A DNA stretch of 64,000 nt from Deltaproteobacteria bacterium (GTDB lineage Bacteria; Desulfobacterota; DSM-4660; Desulfatiglandales; HGW-15). This document shows positions 16,292 through 26,078 of this stretch, in pieces; position 1 is the first letter of the stretch; each line of letters begins with the position of its first letter. The stretch lies in contig JAFDEF010000002.1 in assembly GCA_019310485.1 (NCBI GenBank), positions 28,124 through 92,123 of the forward strand, in the 5' to 3' direction. The position numbers and the translations under genes were made by a program. The notes beneath the pieces were generated by a model. The model ran no database searches. It worked only from the letters and a program-made list of their open reading frames with translations, and was not told the DNA's origin.

Positions 16292-17479
16292 CTAACTGTG
16301 CATCGCCTCAAGCAGGATTTCTGCAATGTCCTTAACCATAATGGTATCTTCTTTGTCCAGGACCTTTACAGCGTCTTCAAAATTGATCAAGCAGAAGGGG
16401 CAGGCCGTGGCAAGCACTTCTGCACCGGTCTCCAGCGCTTCGAGAACCCTTATCTCAGCCAAATGTTCTTTTTCCTCAAAATCGGCCCACATCCGGCCAC
16501 CCCCCCCACCACAGCACAGGCTGTTCTGCCGATTTCTTTCCATCTCCACAAGCTCAATCCCTGGAATCGCCTCCAGTATTTTTCGCGGTGCCTCGTAAAT
16601 TTGATTATGCTTTCCCAGATAGCACGGATCATGATAGGTCACCCTCTTTTTGGAGACCTTTCTTATAGGAACCCTTTTTTGTTCCACGAGATCAGCGAAG
16701 AACTCCGTGTAGTGCTTCAGCTCAATCGTCTTAATCCCTTGAGGGTAGTATTTCAAGAAGCAGTTTAAATCATGAGGGGAGGTGGCTATAATTGTTTGGA
16801 TGTTCATGTGCTTGAACTGATTTAGGTTTTGCTCGGCGAGCATCTGAAATAACCCTAGCTCTCCCATTACCAAGGCAGGGTCGCCTGAGCATTTTTCGTT
16901 TTCTAAAATGCCAAAAGAGATATCCCCTTTTTGCAGAACTGTAGCAATTGACCCAGCCACAGCCTGGACCCTGCTGTCATAGGAGGGCGTGCAGCCCACA
17001 TAGTAAAGTGTGCTGATATTATCCGTCGGATCGGCAAGTTTCTTCAAACCCCGGCCTTCGGCCCACGCCGTCCTTTTGGAGGTCGGCATGCCATAGGGAT
17101 TTCCGAAGACCTGCAAAGACTCCAGCGCTTTCTGCTGCTCACGGATAGGATTGATACCTTCTTCAAACAAAAGCGCCCTCCCCATCCTTATGGCATCAAC
17201 CAAGCTCACAGCCGCCATAATTCTCTCGCACAGAATCTCACAACTACGACAGGTGGTGCAACGCATAAGGATGTCTCTCAAGATCTCGTCAATCTTGTTC
17301 AGTTTTATCCCATAATACAAAGACTGGGTGATTCCTGATGCCCCTTGTACCACCCATTTGTCTGAGACCTCATAGACCGGACACTGGCTGAAGCAAAAAC
17401 GGCATCGAACACACTTGGACACAATGCCAAGTATTTTCTCTTTCAGTATGTCCGCATCTCCAAACTCTACTGCCATCAT
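16292..17479 (-). CDS. (Fe-S)-binding oxidoreductase subunit with two 4Fe-4S motifs and two CCG domains (GlcF/HdrD-like)
   Basis: CVRCRFCFSQCP and CTTCRSCEILCE ferredoxin motifs. CCG-type Cys motifs (YYVGCTPSY; YHDPCYLGKH; LCCGGGGG). Confidence 0.8.
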   Translation of the reverse strand: MMAVEFGDADILKEKILGIVSKCVRCRFCFSQCPVYEVSDKWVVQGASGITQSLYYGIKLNKIDEILRDILMRCTTCRSCEILCERIMAAVSLVDAIRMGRALLFEEGINPIREQQKALESLQVFGNPYGMPTSKRTAWAEGRGLKKLADPTDNISTLYYVGCTPSYDSRVQAVAGSIATVLQKGDISFGILENEKCSGDPALVMGELGLFQMLAEQNLNQFKHMNIQTIIATSPHDLNCFLKYYPQGIKTIELKHYTEFFADLVEQKRVPIRKVSKKRVTYHDPCYLGKHNQIYEAPRKILEAIPGIELVEMERNRQNSLCCGGGGGRMWADFEEKEHLAEIRVLEALETGAEVLATACPFCLINFEDAVKVLDKEDTIMVKDIAEILLEAMHS

Positions 17480-17574
17480 GACTCCACCTTTGCATTTTTC
17501 TCAGTACTAGGTCTTATCGAGACTCAAAAATTGTGAGTGCGGGAGAAAAAAATAGAAGATTGATGTACGTGATT

Positions 17575-18984
17575 TTACAGACCCTCAAGGACACCGCGGT
17601 TGAGGATGTCTTTTGGATCAAAAACACGCTTTATTTGTTTTATAAGATTATAGGCTCCTACCCCGTAGCGCTTTTTGAAAAACTGTGTCCTCTTGCCGAA
17701 CTGGAGCCATTCCCCCCCGCATGTCCCGTAACGGAGATTCATCTCGCTCTCTATCTCGAATTCTGCGTCCACCAAGCGCCTTCTTCTTTCGTTGTCCCAA
17801 TCCCTAGGAACGATGAGCGTGGGGTGGAAAGTGAGGGCCCCAATGTGGCCGAGAAGATAAAAGGGAAGCCCCTTAAAGATAGGCGCCTTCTCCCCGTAAT
17901 GCTCCAGTTCCTTTATGCACTCTACAAGCTTAGATAGGGTAGAGACAATTTCCGGTCCAGAAAAATATCCGTCATGTTTCTGCATCAAAGAAGCAATGAT
18001 CACCTCTCGTGCTGTCCAAATTTTCAGCCACTCCTCAAGATCTTTGATCTCTTCTACTTGGATGGGATCCTCCTTGCCCATAACATCCAGAAGGCGTTGG
18101 ACGTTCTCAGAGGCTATTTCCGTGGTGGGGCCAAAGGAGGCAAAAAAAATGGAACATCCTGGAGGGACTGATAGGCCAGCATGCTCGAAGCCGATGGTAG
18201 TCGTGGCCCTATCCATGAATTCCATAAACAAGGGAGCTGGTGCCTTTTCCCTGTACATCCTGACAACGGCCTTTGCCACGGACTCCGGTTCATGATAATA
18301 GGCAATGCCAAAGGCCCTTTTCCGGGCCGGGACAAGCCTCATGCGTATCTTGGTCACAATGCCGGTCAATCCGTCGTTGCCCACAAAAAACTTTGTCAGA
18401 TCCGTACCCGCAGGTTTTCTAAGCCCCTTTGATCCTGTTTCAAGAATCCCACCCGTAGGGAGAACAACATGCAAACCCAATACATAATCCGCGGGCTTCC
18501 CAATACATGCATCAATAATGTGCCCACTGGTGTTGCCGGCCATCATACCCCCCATAGTCGCCACCAGTCTGCTGCCTGGATAGACGGGAAGGAAGAAACC
18601 CTTTCTGCTAAGAGCTGTGTCCACGGCATCGACAGTGGCCCCCGGGCCGCACTCGAAGTAACCCTCATCCGTGTGGATCTCTAGGAAATCGATCCTGCCC
18701 GTGTTCAGAATTATACCCCTTTCAGGGGCTCTTGCAGAGCCTGTAAGGCTGGTCCCCGACCCTCTGGGATAGACCGCGATGTTCTCTTGATTGGCTAACC
18801 GAAATATCTCGCTGATTTCCTTTTCGTCCTTTGGCTTGACTACGGCGTATGGCAACACATCTTTGTCAAGGTCGAAATCATAGGGGAAAGGATCAAGACT
18901 GTTGTTGACCAGTTCAAAAAAGTTGTCGGAGATGTTCTTTTCACCTACAATGTTTTTCAGTCTATCGTATATAGATTCTCCCAT
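17575..18984 (-). CDS. FAD-linked oxidase (GlcD / D-lactate dehydrogenase family)
   Basis: 469 aa with an FAD_binding_4-type N-terminal domain (YPRGSGTSLTGSA) and a C-terminal FAD-oxidase domain. Paired with the GlcF-like gene. Confidence 0.85.
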   Translation of the reverse strand: MGESIYDRLKNIVGEKNISDNFFELVNNSLDPFPYDFDLDKDVLPYAVVKPKDEKEISEIFRLANQENIAVYPRGSGTSLTGSARAPERGIILNTGRIDFLEIHTDEGYFECGPGATVDAVDTALSRKGFFLPVYPGSRLVATMGGMMAGNTSGHIIDACIGKPADYVLGLHVVLPTGGILETGSKGLRKPAGTDLTKFFVGNDGLTGIVTKIRMRLVPARKRAFGIAYYHEPESVAKAVVRMYREKAPAPLFMEFMDRATTTIGFEHAGLSVPPGCSIFFASFGPTTEIASENVQRLLDVMGKEDPIQVEEIKDLEEWLKIWTAREVIIASLMQKHDGYFSGPEIVSTLSKLVECIKELEHYGEKAPIFKGLPFYLLGHIGALTFHPTLIVPRDWDNERRRRLVDAEFEIESEMNLRYGTCGGEWLQFGKRTQFFKKRYGVGAYNLIKQIKRVFDPKDILNRGVLEGL

Positions 18985-19103
18985 GGCCCAAGCTCTCTGC
19001 TTTCAGATGCGGTAATGTTTTAATTCCAGGGAAAAATCCACCTACTTTACTGCTTTACAAAAAATACGTGTCTTTCAATAAAAAACCGTGAGCAATGCCC
19101 TTT

Positions 19104-20474
19104 TCAGTACCCAAGACGGGTAATTTCAGAAACATTCGATAGCTGTTCTAACTTCTCCACCAGTTCAATGACCTTGTCTGCATTGCCCCTTGAAATAACG
19201 CCCTCGGTCTGAGAAAGGAATTTCTCTATAATCTCCTCATGGGTCATAGGTTGCTGGGGATCCCCTTTGCAGTACTCAGTTCCTTTCGTATAGACTTTGC
19301 CTTCCCTGGTCTTAACCTCTAACCGTGTGATCGATTTCTGAGGCTCATTGACAAACGCCTCAACTGCCTCCGGAAGGGTGTTGATCTTTACTTTTTGCAT
19401 GAATTGCTTGTGTTCTTCGTCACTGAAACGTTCCTCAGCGTACCACGCAGGTCCAACCTTATAGCCGAGGGCCGCGTTGGCAAAGGCCCATGGAACACTC
19501 CAGTAGCTGTCCTCCACACTCGACGGGTTCACGTTATCGAAAGGATAGCCCGTCACCTTTTCATGGGCGTGATAGATTACCTCAACAATATCTTGGCATG
19601 TAAGACCATGGGTGCTCATGATCTCCAACAGGGACTGGATGCCACCTTGGGCCCAGCGACAGCTTGGCCACGGTTTGAATGCTAGGGCGCTTGTAATATA
19701 GAAATCTTTGCCCAGATCTCTGGTGTAGATATCCCAGTCATTGTTATCAGAAATCGTCGTCCAGTAGGCAAAGGGTTCATCCAAGATTTCGTAGTAACCG
19801 GTGTAGCCAAGCCTAGCCAGCTGGGCTGCGCCGATTGCCACAAAACTATGAAACTGGTTGCCACATTTGGACATGGATGCCGGTACGTAGAGGATGTTGT
19901 GGACATTCATGGTAGGGCTATTGCCGAGGCCCATGCCAAAGGCGTTCATCCCCTGTTCCTCATCTAGTCCAAGGAGTTTGGTTGCCACTACCAGAGGACC
20001 ACATCCTTGCCAACTCGAGTTCCATACACGCCTCCTGTGCTCAGGAGAGGGGAAGGTGGCATCAATAATCCGTCCCGTCACATCATACGCAGTGCATACT
20101 GCCGTTATTATATCCTGACCGCTGGTCTTCTCTCTCTCGCCGAGAGCAAGAGCCGCCATAACCATCCCCGAGCCCGGATGACCCCTATTCTTGTAGGTTT
20201 CCATCAGCTCCAGGCCCATGCACAACTGGGTATTGACACCTGAGGCAATCGCAGCCGGCACTTTGGCGCCGTCACCGAATAAGGTTGCCTCAGGGGAGCC
20301 GCCCAGTTGTTTGGCCCACTTAGTGATGATCTTTCCAGAGTTCATTGCCGTGCCGCCCAAAGCATTGCCTATTTCGTCCAGAATAAACTCCTTTGTTCGG
20401 GAAACAGCCTTCTCTGGAATATTTTCAAAACGGGCGTTTATAATATAATTGACCAGCCTCCTTGTAACACTCAT
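19104..20474 (-). CDS. MmgE/PrpD-family protein (2-methylcitrate dehydratase superfamily)
   Basis: Start moved to the ATG at 20474 (MSVTRRLVNYIINARFENIPEKAV..., AAGGAAAGG RBS). The longer track ORF would overlap dctM. Confidence 0.85.
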   Translation of the reverse strand: MSVTRRLVNYIINARFENIPEKAVSRTKEFILDEIGNALGGTAMNSGKIITKWAKQLGGSPEATLFGDGAKVPAAIASGVNTQLCMGLELMETYKNRGHPGSGMVMAALALGEREKTSGQDIITAVCTAYDVTGRIIDATFPSPEHRRRVWNSSWQGCGPLVVATKLLGLDEEQGMNAFGMGLGNSPTMNVHNILYVPASMSKCGNQFHSFVAIGAAQLARLGYTGYYEILDEPFAYWTTISDNNDWDIYTRDLGKDFYITSALAFKPWPSCRWAQGGIQSLLEIMSTHGLTCQDIVEVIYHAHEKVTGYPFDNVNPSSVEDSYWSVPWAFANAALGYKVGPAWYAEERFSDEEHKQFMQKVKINTLPEAVEAFVNEPQKSITRLEVKTREGKVYTKGTEYCKGDPQQPMTHEEIIEKFLSQTEGVISRGNADKVIELVEKLEQLSNVSEITRLGY

Positions 20475-20536
20475 AGCTTCAACCTTTCCTTGTGCTTTAT
20501 GAAAGCCTCTTTTTGTGTCCCTGCACACATCTATTC

Positions 20537-21841
20537 TCATGGCCCCATAAGTCGGGGAAGGTATAGTGCTATTTGAGGGAACATTACGACAAGGATAATA
20601 CACAGTACCATCATACAAAGGAATGGCACAATCCCTTTGAAGATGGTAAACAGGGGAACCTCCTTTGCAACCCCGTGGATAACATAGACATTCATGCCCA
20701 CAGGCGGTGTAATGACTCCCATTTCGGACACAAGCACCATTATTACGCCGAACCAGATGGGATCGAATCCCAGCTTTACAATAACAGGGTAAAAAATAGG
20801 CACTGTAAGGATCACCATGGCAAGAGTATCCATGATGCAGCCGAGCAAGAGATAAACCACCAGGATGCAAATAAGGATGACAGTCGGGGGCACCTGAAGG
20901 TCACCCACAAAGCTAGCCAGCTGGAATGGAACCCTGCTGATGGCCAGGAAGTAGCCAAAGATCATGGCACCAATAACAATAACAAAGATCATTGCTGTTG
21001 AGCGCATAGTTTCTGTTACAGCGGCGATCAAGTTCTTCTTGGTCAAACGCCTTGTGAAAGCGGTAAACAGAAAGGCGCCAAAGGCGCCGACTCCGGCTGC
21101 CTCGGTTGGTGTGAAAAGGCCCAAGTATAGTCCCCCCATAATGACGACAAACAGTACCAACACACCCCAGCTATCCTTCAAAGAAGCAATTTTCTGGGAA
21201 AACGTTGTCTTGATTCCTGGAGGTCCCAATTTCTTGTTGAACCTGACCCGAATCGCAATGCACAGCATAAAAAGTGAGGCGAGAATAAGGCCTGGAAAGA
21301 CCCCTGCCATGAAAAGCTTACCAATAGATTGCTCTGTGATGATACCGTAAATGATAAGAATAGAACTGGGTGGGATCAAGATGCCCAGTGAGCCCCCAGA
21401 GGCCACCACCCCTGTGGCTAGGGCTGGATCGTAATTGTACTTTTTCATCTCAGGCAGCGCAATCATGCCCATGGTCGCTGCTGTAGCCAAGGTTGATCCA
21501 CTGACTGCTGCAAATCCACTGCATCCAATCACGGTCGCCATGGCCAGGCCACCCGGTGCACCGCCTATCAACTTGTAGGCACTGTTGTAAAGCCTTTCAC
21601 TCAATCCAGAATAAAAAGCAAAAGACCCCATCAAAAGAAACAAGGGAAGTACAGAAAGGTCATAGCTTGCAGCGGTGGTGAATGGAACGGTCCTCAATAT
21701 CCCCAAGGCACCTTCCAGGCTAGTCAAGTAGTAAAAGCCGGCGAATCCGACCGCCGCCATAACGAGCCCAACAGGCATCCGCAGGAAGAGCAGAATAATC
21801 AGGACGCCTATTCCTATTAATCCTACGGTAAAAGGATTCAC
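20537..21841 (-). CDS. dctM: TRAP transporter large permease (DctM)
   Basis: Polytopic membrane protein. The GTG start at 21841 overlaps the dctQ stop (GTGA). Confidence 0.85.
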   Translation of the reverse strand: MNPFTVGLIGIGVLIILLFLRMPVGLVMAAVGFAGFYYLTSLEGALGILRTVPFTTAASYDLSVLPLFLLMGSFAFYSGLSERLYNSAYKLIGGAPGGLAMATVIGCSGFAAVSGSTLATAATMGMIALPEMKKYNYDPALATGVVASGGSLGILIPPSSILIIYGIITEQSIGKLFMAGVFPGLILASLFMLCIAIRVRFNKKLGPPGIKTTFSQKIASLKDSWGVLVLFVVIMGGLYLGLFTPTEAAGVGAFGAFLFTAFTRRLTKKNLIAAVTETMRSTAMIFVIVIGAMIFGYFLAISRVPFQLASFVGDLQVPPTVILICILVVYLLLGCIMDTLAMVILTVPIFYPVIVKLGFDPIWFGVIMVLVSEMGVITPPVGMNVYVIHGVAKEVPLFTIFKGIVPFLCMMVLCIILVVMFPQIALYLPRLMGP

Positions 21842-22344
21842 TTCCTGAATACCCCATGTAAGTATTCGAAAAAATTCACTACGAGAACGAGGTCCAAAGC
21901 AGCGCACCCAACAACAAGAACAATGAGGAATGGGAAATGGGGGATATGAAGAACTCCTGACACATGCCTACATTCCCATAGGCTTCGGGCCTGGACCAAC
22001 CCCTCCCAGGTAATCAGTGTCACCACACCGATACTGAAAAGAGATGTAACGGCATCAATTGCCTTCTGGGTTCTCTCCGGCAAAAGGCTGACAAATAGGT
22101 CAACGCGTACGTTTCCACCATGCATTGCACAATAACCAAATCCCAGAAAAACGACAAAAGTCATGAGGAACTCAATGAGTTCCACGGTTCCAGGGACGGG
22201 ACGGTTAAAGAAATACCGCCCCGCCACATGGACAACAACTAGTAACATGAGAATAAGAAGGAAAAATCCACCCCCATAGTTGATGGCACGGCCTAAGGGA
22301 TAAGCTATCCTCGCTATTGTATCAGCGACTTTTTTCAGGTACAT
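21838..22344 (-). CDS. dctQ: TRAP transporter small permease (DctQ)
   Basis: 168 aa, four hydrophobic helices, located between dctP and dctM. Confidence 0.8.
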   Translation of the reverse strand: MYLKKVADTIARIAYPLGRAINYGGGFFLLILMLLVVVHVAGRYFFNRPVPGTVELIEFLMTFVVFLGFGYCAMHGGNVRVDLFVSLLPERTQKAIDAVTSLFSIGVVTLITWEGLVQARSLWECRHVSGVLHIPHFPFLIVLVVGCAALDLVLVVNFFEYLHGVFRK

Positions 22345-22361
22345 TGTAACCCCTGTTTATC

Positions 22362-23423
22362 TTAATCCTGCCAGCTGCCGAACTCCTCATTGTACTTCTT
22401 GATCAACTGCTTCGCTCTTTCCACAAACTTCCTTGCTGGATAGCCTTTTGCTTCCATGCGGGTGATCCACGACTTTGTAATGGGGGCACACTGTCTTTCC
22501 CACTTGGACATCTCATCCGCGCTTAGCCTAATTACCTTCATACCTCGCTTCTTGCCCAGCTCGAAACCCGCTTTGTCCGCAGCATTCCAAGCCCTTCCAA
22601 CGAGGTCAGCAGCTACAGTGCCGCTGGATTCATCTATGGCCTTCTGGATGTTCTCAGGCAGACTCTCATACTTTTTTTTGTTCATGGCAACCCAGAACCA
22701 CTGGACGTAGAAGTCCCCAATATTCATGTATTTAGTTACTTCATAAAGTTTCCAGGTCTTTATCGCTTCGCAGGGGAAGATCGTCGCGTCAACAGTACCT
22801 TTTGATAAGGCGAGGTAGCATTCAGGAGCAGGTGTTGAGACCGGAGAACCTCCCAGGGCCTTAACGATTTCTCCGATGCCACCCGGAGCCCTGACGATAA
22901 GCCCCTTCATATCATTCATTGAGCGCACAGGCTTTCTGGAAAAGATCTGACCAGGCCCTTGAGAAAACAACCACAAAAGATGGGTGTCGGCGTATTCCCT
23001 CTGTAATGCTGGAAACTCTTTATAAAGATCCATCCAGGCTCGACTTGCGGCCCAGGAGGAGTGGGCACCAAGGAACGGAAGCTGCGTGGCCTCGCTCATG
23101 GGAAAACGCCCAATGTAATATGGCCCTGGATCAAGACAAATATCAATGCTACCTGCTTTGACCGCATCGTACATGGTTCCAGGTCTGGCCAAGGCACTGC
23201 CAGGGTAAATGTTCACCTTGACGCGCCCGTTCGTCTTTTGCTCAACCATCTTTTTCCAGGGCACAATCACATTGGTATGCATCCAGGCAACCTCTGGAAA
23301 AAGGTGATTAAAACTAAGGATAATCGGTTTTTTACCCCTAGCCTGCGCCACTGAAAGAGGCGCCATGACCAGAGCCAATCCCATCAAAAGAGTTACTACA
23401 GAAATTGGAAGACTCTTTCTCAT
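22362..23423 (-). CDS. dctP: TRAP transporter substrate-binding protein (DctP family)
   Basis: 353 aa with a signal peptide (LMGLALVMAPLSVAQA). DctP-like fold positions, first gene of the P-Q-M order. Confidence 0.85.
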   Translation of the reverse strand: MRKSLPISVVTLLMGLALVMAPLSVAQARGKKPIILSFNHLFPEVAWMHTNVIVPWKKMVEQKTNGRVKVNIYPGSALARPGTMYDAVKAGSIDICLDPGPYYIGRFPMSEATQLPFLGAHSSWAASRAWMDLYKEFPALQREYADTHLLWLFSQGPGQIFSRKPVRSMNDMKGLIVRAPGGIGEIVKALGGSPVSTPAPECYLALSKGTVDATIFPCEAIKTWKLYEVTKYMNIGDFYVQWFWVAMNKKKYESLPENIQKAIDESSGTVAADLVGRAWNAADKAGFELGKKRGMKVIRLSADEMSKWERQCAPITKSWITRMEAKGYPARKFVERAKQLIKKYNEEFGSWQD

Positions 23424-23730
23424 TGCAAAACCTCCTCTCCAAATGTGTTGTTGTTTTGAAAAAGCGTTTCCCTAGCAACAGGGCATATTCAACCACCAGG
23501 CAAATCGGACGATCCCTTTGTCCTTTACCTTTTTATCCGCCCAATGGTCTGTCCTATCGTACCGGGATGGAGTTGCTCACCCTCAAGAATTTCCTGCACT
23601 CCAAAAAGGAATCAAACGGAAATAAGCTTGTAGGTTCGCGTTGATATCCCGTACCTACCTGCAATTGACAAAAGCCATGGCTAATGTGGAATATTCCGCA
23701 AATCGCGGGAAGCTGTTTTTGGAAACCCCT

Positions 23731-24375
23731 TTACATAATAAGACCTTGCATGATCGCGAACTTCTTTTGTGCATGCTGGAGGTGCAGTTTTGTGAGCCTT
23801 TTCAATTCACCTGCATTTTTCTTTTCTAAAGCTTCAAGCATACTTTCATGATCACTGATGGACTCTTGTGCCCCGGCTGGCGCATGCAGGGCAATAGCGC
23901 GGAGCCAGTGAAACTTATCCACGAGGTGCGAAATAGTCTCAATGAAAACTTCTGACTTGGCTGCCTTATAGAGGATCTGGTGGAATTCTGTTTCGTATCG
24001 AATGATGTTATGCATGTCAACCGTCTTAAGAGCCCTCCAAGCGTCTGCAAGGTTTCGTCTCAAAGCCTTCATCTCAGAAGCTGTTATACGCTCAACAACT
24101 AAAGGAATAGCAAACTCTTCGATGACACTTCTTATGGCAAAGTAGTCAGTCACCACATTGGAGCCCAGTTTCCTTACAATGAACCCCTGCTTATCGGTAC
24201 ACTCAAGTAATTTCTCGTTTTCCAGCATCAAGAGGGCTTCTCTAACAGGGGTTCGACTCATCTTCAGTTTCTTAGCGATCTCACTCTCAAAGATCTTCTC
24301 CCCGGGCTTCAACTCATAGAAGATGATCTTCTTCTTGATCTCATCATAGGCCTTGTGACGGAGATTTCTCTTCAT
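23731..24375 (-). CDS. GntR-family transcriptional regulator, FadR subfamily (wHTH + FCD domain)
   Basis: N-terminal YDEIKKKIIFYELKPGEKIFESEIAKKLKMSRTPVREAL, an all-helical C-terminal domain with His residues. ATG at 24375. Confidence 0.85.
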   Translation of the reverse strand: MKRNLRHKAYDEIKKKIIFYELKPGEKIFESEIAKKLKMSRTPVREALLMLENEKLLECTDKQGFIVRKLGSNVVTDYFAIRSVIEEFAIPLVVERITASEMKALRRNLADAWRALKTVDMHNIIRYETEFHQILYKAAKSEVFIETISHLVDKFHWLRAIALHAPAGAQESISDHESMLEALEKKNAGELKRLTKLHLQHAQKKFAIMQGLIM

Positions 24376-24456
24376 AGGATGGGGCCTTTCCCCAAGCAAG
24401 ATGTATATTAACTCGTATATTTAAAAATCTCTCTTGTCAAGTTTTTTCTTGCTTCG

Positions 24457-24632
24457 TGGTATACTCTTTTTACAAAAGATAGACCCTATAATATACTGTA
24501 ATATAAGGAAGTTAAAGTATACGCAAAATTCGTAGAACTGCTGCTCTCAATAAAAATAATTTTTTAATTTTATCATAAATTCACCATTAATTGCGGCATT
24601 AAATAGCAATAATGTATACATACCTGTATACA
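24457..24632. promoter_or_regulatory. cluster of GTATAC-core palindromes in the AT-rich gntR upstream region (candidate operators)
   Basis: TGGTATAC (24457-24464), GTATAC (24517-24522), and two tandem TGTATACA palindromes (24613-24620 and 24625-24632) separated by 4 nt. Confidence 0.3.
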
Positions 24633-24770
24633 ACTTACGAACCTTCTTTCTCACTTTTTGTGGGTTTTTGGATAGGAAGGCATATTCTTTGTGCTCTTTG
24701 GGTGTTCCGGCTGGTTCGAGGATGGAAAGTGTTATACTGTCCAGGGGAGATACGAATTGAATTTATATGC

Positions 24771-25184
24771 CTATAAATCAGCCATCAATTTTTTTCTAAG
24801 CCTGTCTATTTCCTCTACCATCTTTTCTGCGATTTTCAAGGAGTCCTCTGCGTCCGAGATCTCCTGGGTATCGAAATCCCCGTAATCCACATCTGTTCTT
24901 CTAGAGAGGAGGATTTTAAAATTCTTGACAATCTCTACAGGGAGAATCCCAGGTTTGATGAACCTAAGACTCAGCATTGTGACAGCTCCATCATGGGTTT
25001 CCGGATTTACGCCTTCAAGAATGAGCAATGACCTTACAGCGTTGAGGGCTGCATAATAACTTCTGTTTAGTGAAGTCCTTATCCTTGTTTCTTTTAAATT
25101 GGCACGGGCGTCTTCCAAGAACTCCAGAGCCTTTCTCATTCTAATATCGCTCAATGCTTTCTTATCTTTAACATCAAGGGTCAT
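24771..25184 (-). CDS. HEPN-domain protein (partner of the upstream nucleotidyltransferase)
   Basis: 137 aa, all-helical, with an NRSYYAALNAVRSLL core like HI0074-type HEPN. I could not find an Rx4-6H RNase motif. ATGA overlap with the MNT gene. Confidence 0.7.
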   Translation of the reverse strand: MTLDVKDKKALSDIRMRKALEFLEDARANLKETRIRTSLNRSYYAALNAVRSLLILEGVNPETHDGAVTMLSLRFIKPGILPVEIVKNFKILLSRRTDVDYGDFDTQEISDAEDSLKIAEKMVEEIDRLRKKLMADL

Positions 25185-25504
25185 ATGCGTATCCCTTCTT
25201 TTGTTATGTTTTGATAAAAGGGTGAATTGTATCGCATTTCAAGCTCAAAAGAACTGAGGTCCTTGATGACAGGCGTAAAGGATAAACCACTTTTCATCTC
25301 TTCTTGAACAATTATTTCCATAATTCTGTCTTCAATTGCAGGATTCCTGTTCTTCACCACAATAAGGATATCAAAGTCGGAGCTTTTATCATGATCCCCC
25401 CTTGCCTTTGAACCAAAGGCATGGACCGAGATAATCCTGCCCCGAAACTTGCTAATGAGTTGCCTTGTGATACGTTCAAGTATTTTTTTTTCATAAAAAT
25501 ACAT
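25181..25504 (-). CDS. minimal nucleotidyltransferase (MNT) domain protein
   Basis: 107 aa with the motif HAFGSKARGDHDKSSDFDILIV (G-S-x-A-R-G...D-x-D). Confidence 0.8.
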   Translation of the reverse strand: MYFYEKKILERITRQLISKFRGRIISVHAFGSKARGDHDKSSDFDILIVVKNRNPAIEDRIMEIIVQEEMKSGLSFTPVIKDLSSFELEMRYNSPFYQNITKEGIRI

Positions 25505-25759
25505 GCCTGAAAATTCCGATCTGGTTCAGTTGATATGGATCTTCGGTATTTGTTCAATGTCCAGTAGTTCAATTCAATATAGAACCAATAAACGCAGTTT
25601 GTCGCAGCACATATCTCCCACTTCTTTCTTTGTCCGTACATTAAGTAATCACGGTAAAATCAAGTTAGGGGAAAACTGCCTTGTATGTCAAGGCAAAATA
25701 AGCCAAAAACAAGAGGCTAAGCTTCGCATACCCCGCCCCTTGCCTGAGGAGGAGAATGA

Positions 25760-26078
25760 AAATTAGCGGGCATATTGGACTTTTTATATCACCTTCAAGC
25801 TGGGGAGACTATGATCGTTGATGCCCGGCCCCCAATGACTATCTCAGGGAGCACATCAAAGGCGCCGTTTCCATTCCCTTTTACGACATGGACAAAATGG
25901 TCGGAAAGTTGCCAAAAGACATCTGGATAATCACTTATTGCGCCTGCCCCATGCGATGGCCAAAAGAGCTGCAGACAAATTGAGGGCAGCCGGGTATGAT
26001 AAAGTGGGAGCTCTGGACGAAGGATTTAACGCATGGAAAGGAAACGGATACCAGACACAAAGTGGTAACGCCAAATAA
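25760..26078 (+). pseudogene. rhodanese-domain remnant with a frameshift
   Basis: Frame a reads ..MIVDARPPNDYLREHIKGAVSIPFYDMDKMVGKLPKDIWIITYCACP and then stops. The -1 frame (one base upstream of frame a) continues HAMAKRAADKLRAAGYDKVGALDEGFNAWKGNGYQTQ*. The frames switch near 25945-25955, no start codon or N-terminal region is present, and no >=60-aa ORF covers the region. Confidence 0.55.

Noticed and set aside
19104-20870. 588-aa track ORF giving the PrpD-family protein a 132-aa N-terminal extension.
   Set aside because: The extension overlaps the 3' end of dctM in another frame, has odd composition and lacks an RBS. An internal ATG at 20474 has a strong RBS and starts the conserved MmgE/PrpD N-terminus.
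23660-23677. Sigma54-like string TGGCTTTTGTCAATTGCA (minus strand) upstream of dctP, and a similar TGGTTTGCTCATTGAA near 43540-43575.
   Set aside because: The first has 14-nt GG-to-GC spacing instead of 12. The second has GA instead of the conserved -12 GC. No enhancer-binding protein gene is nearby.
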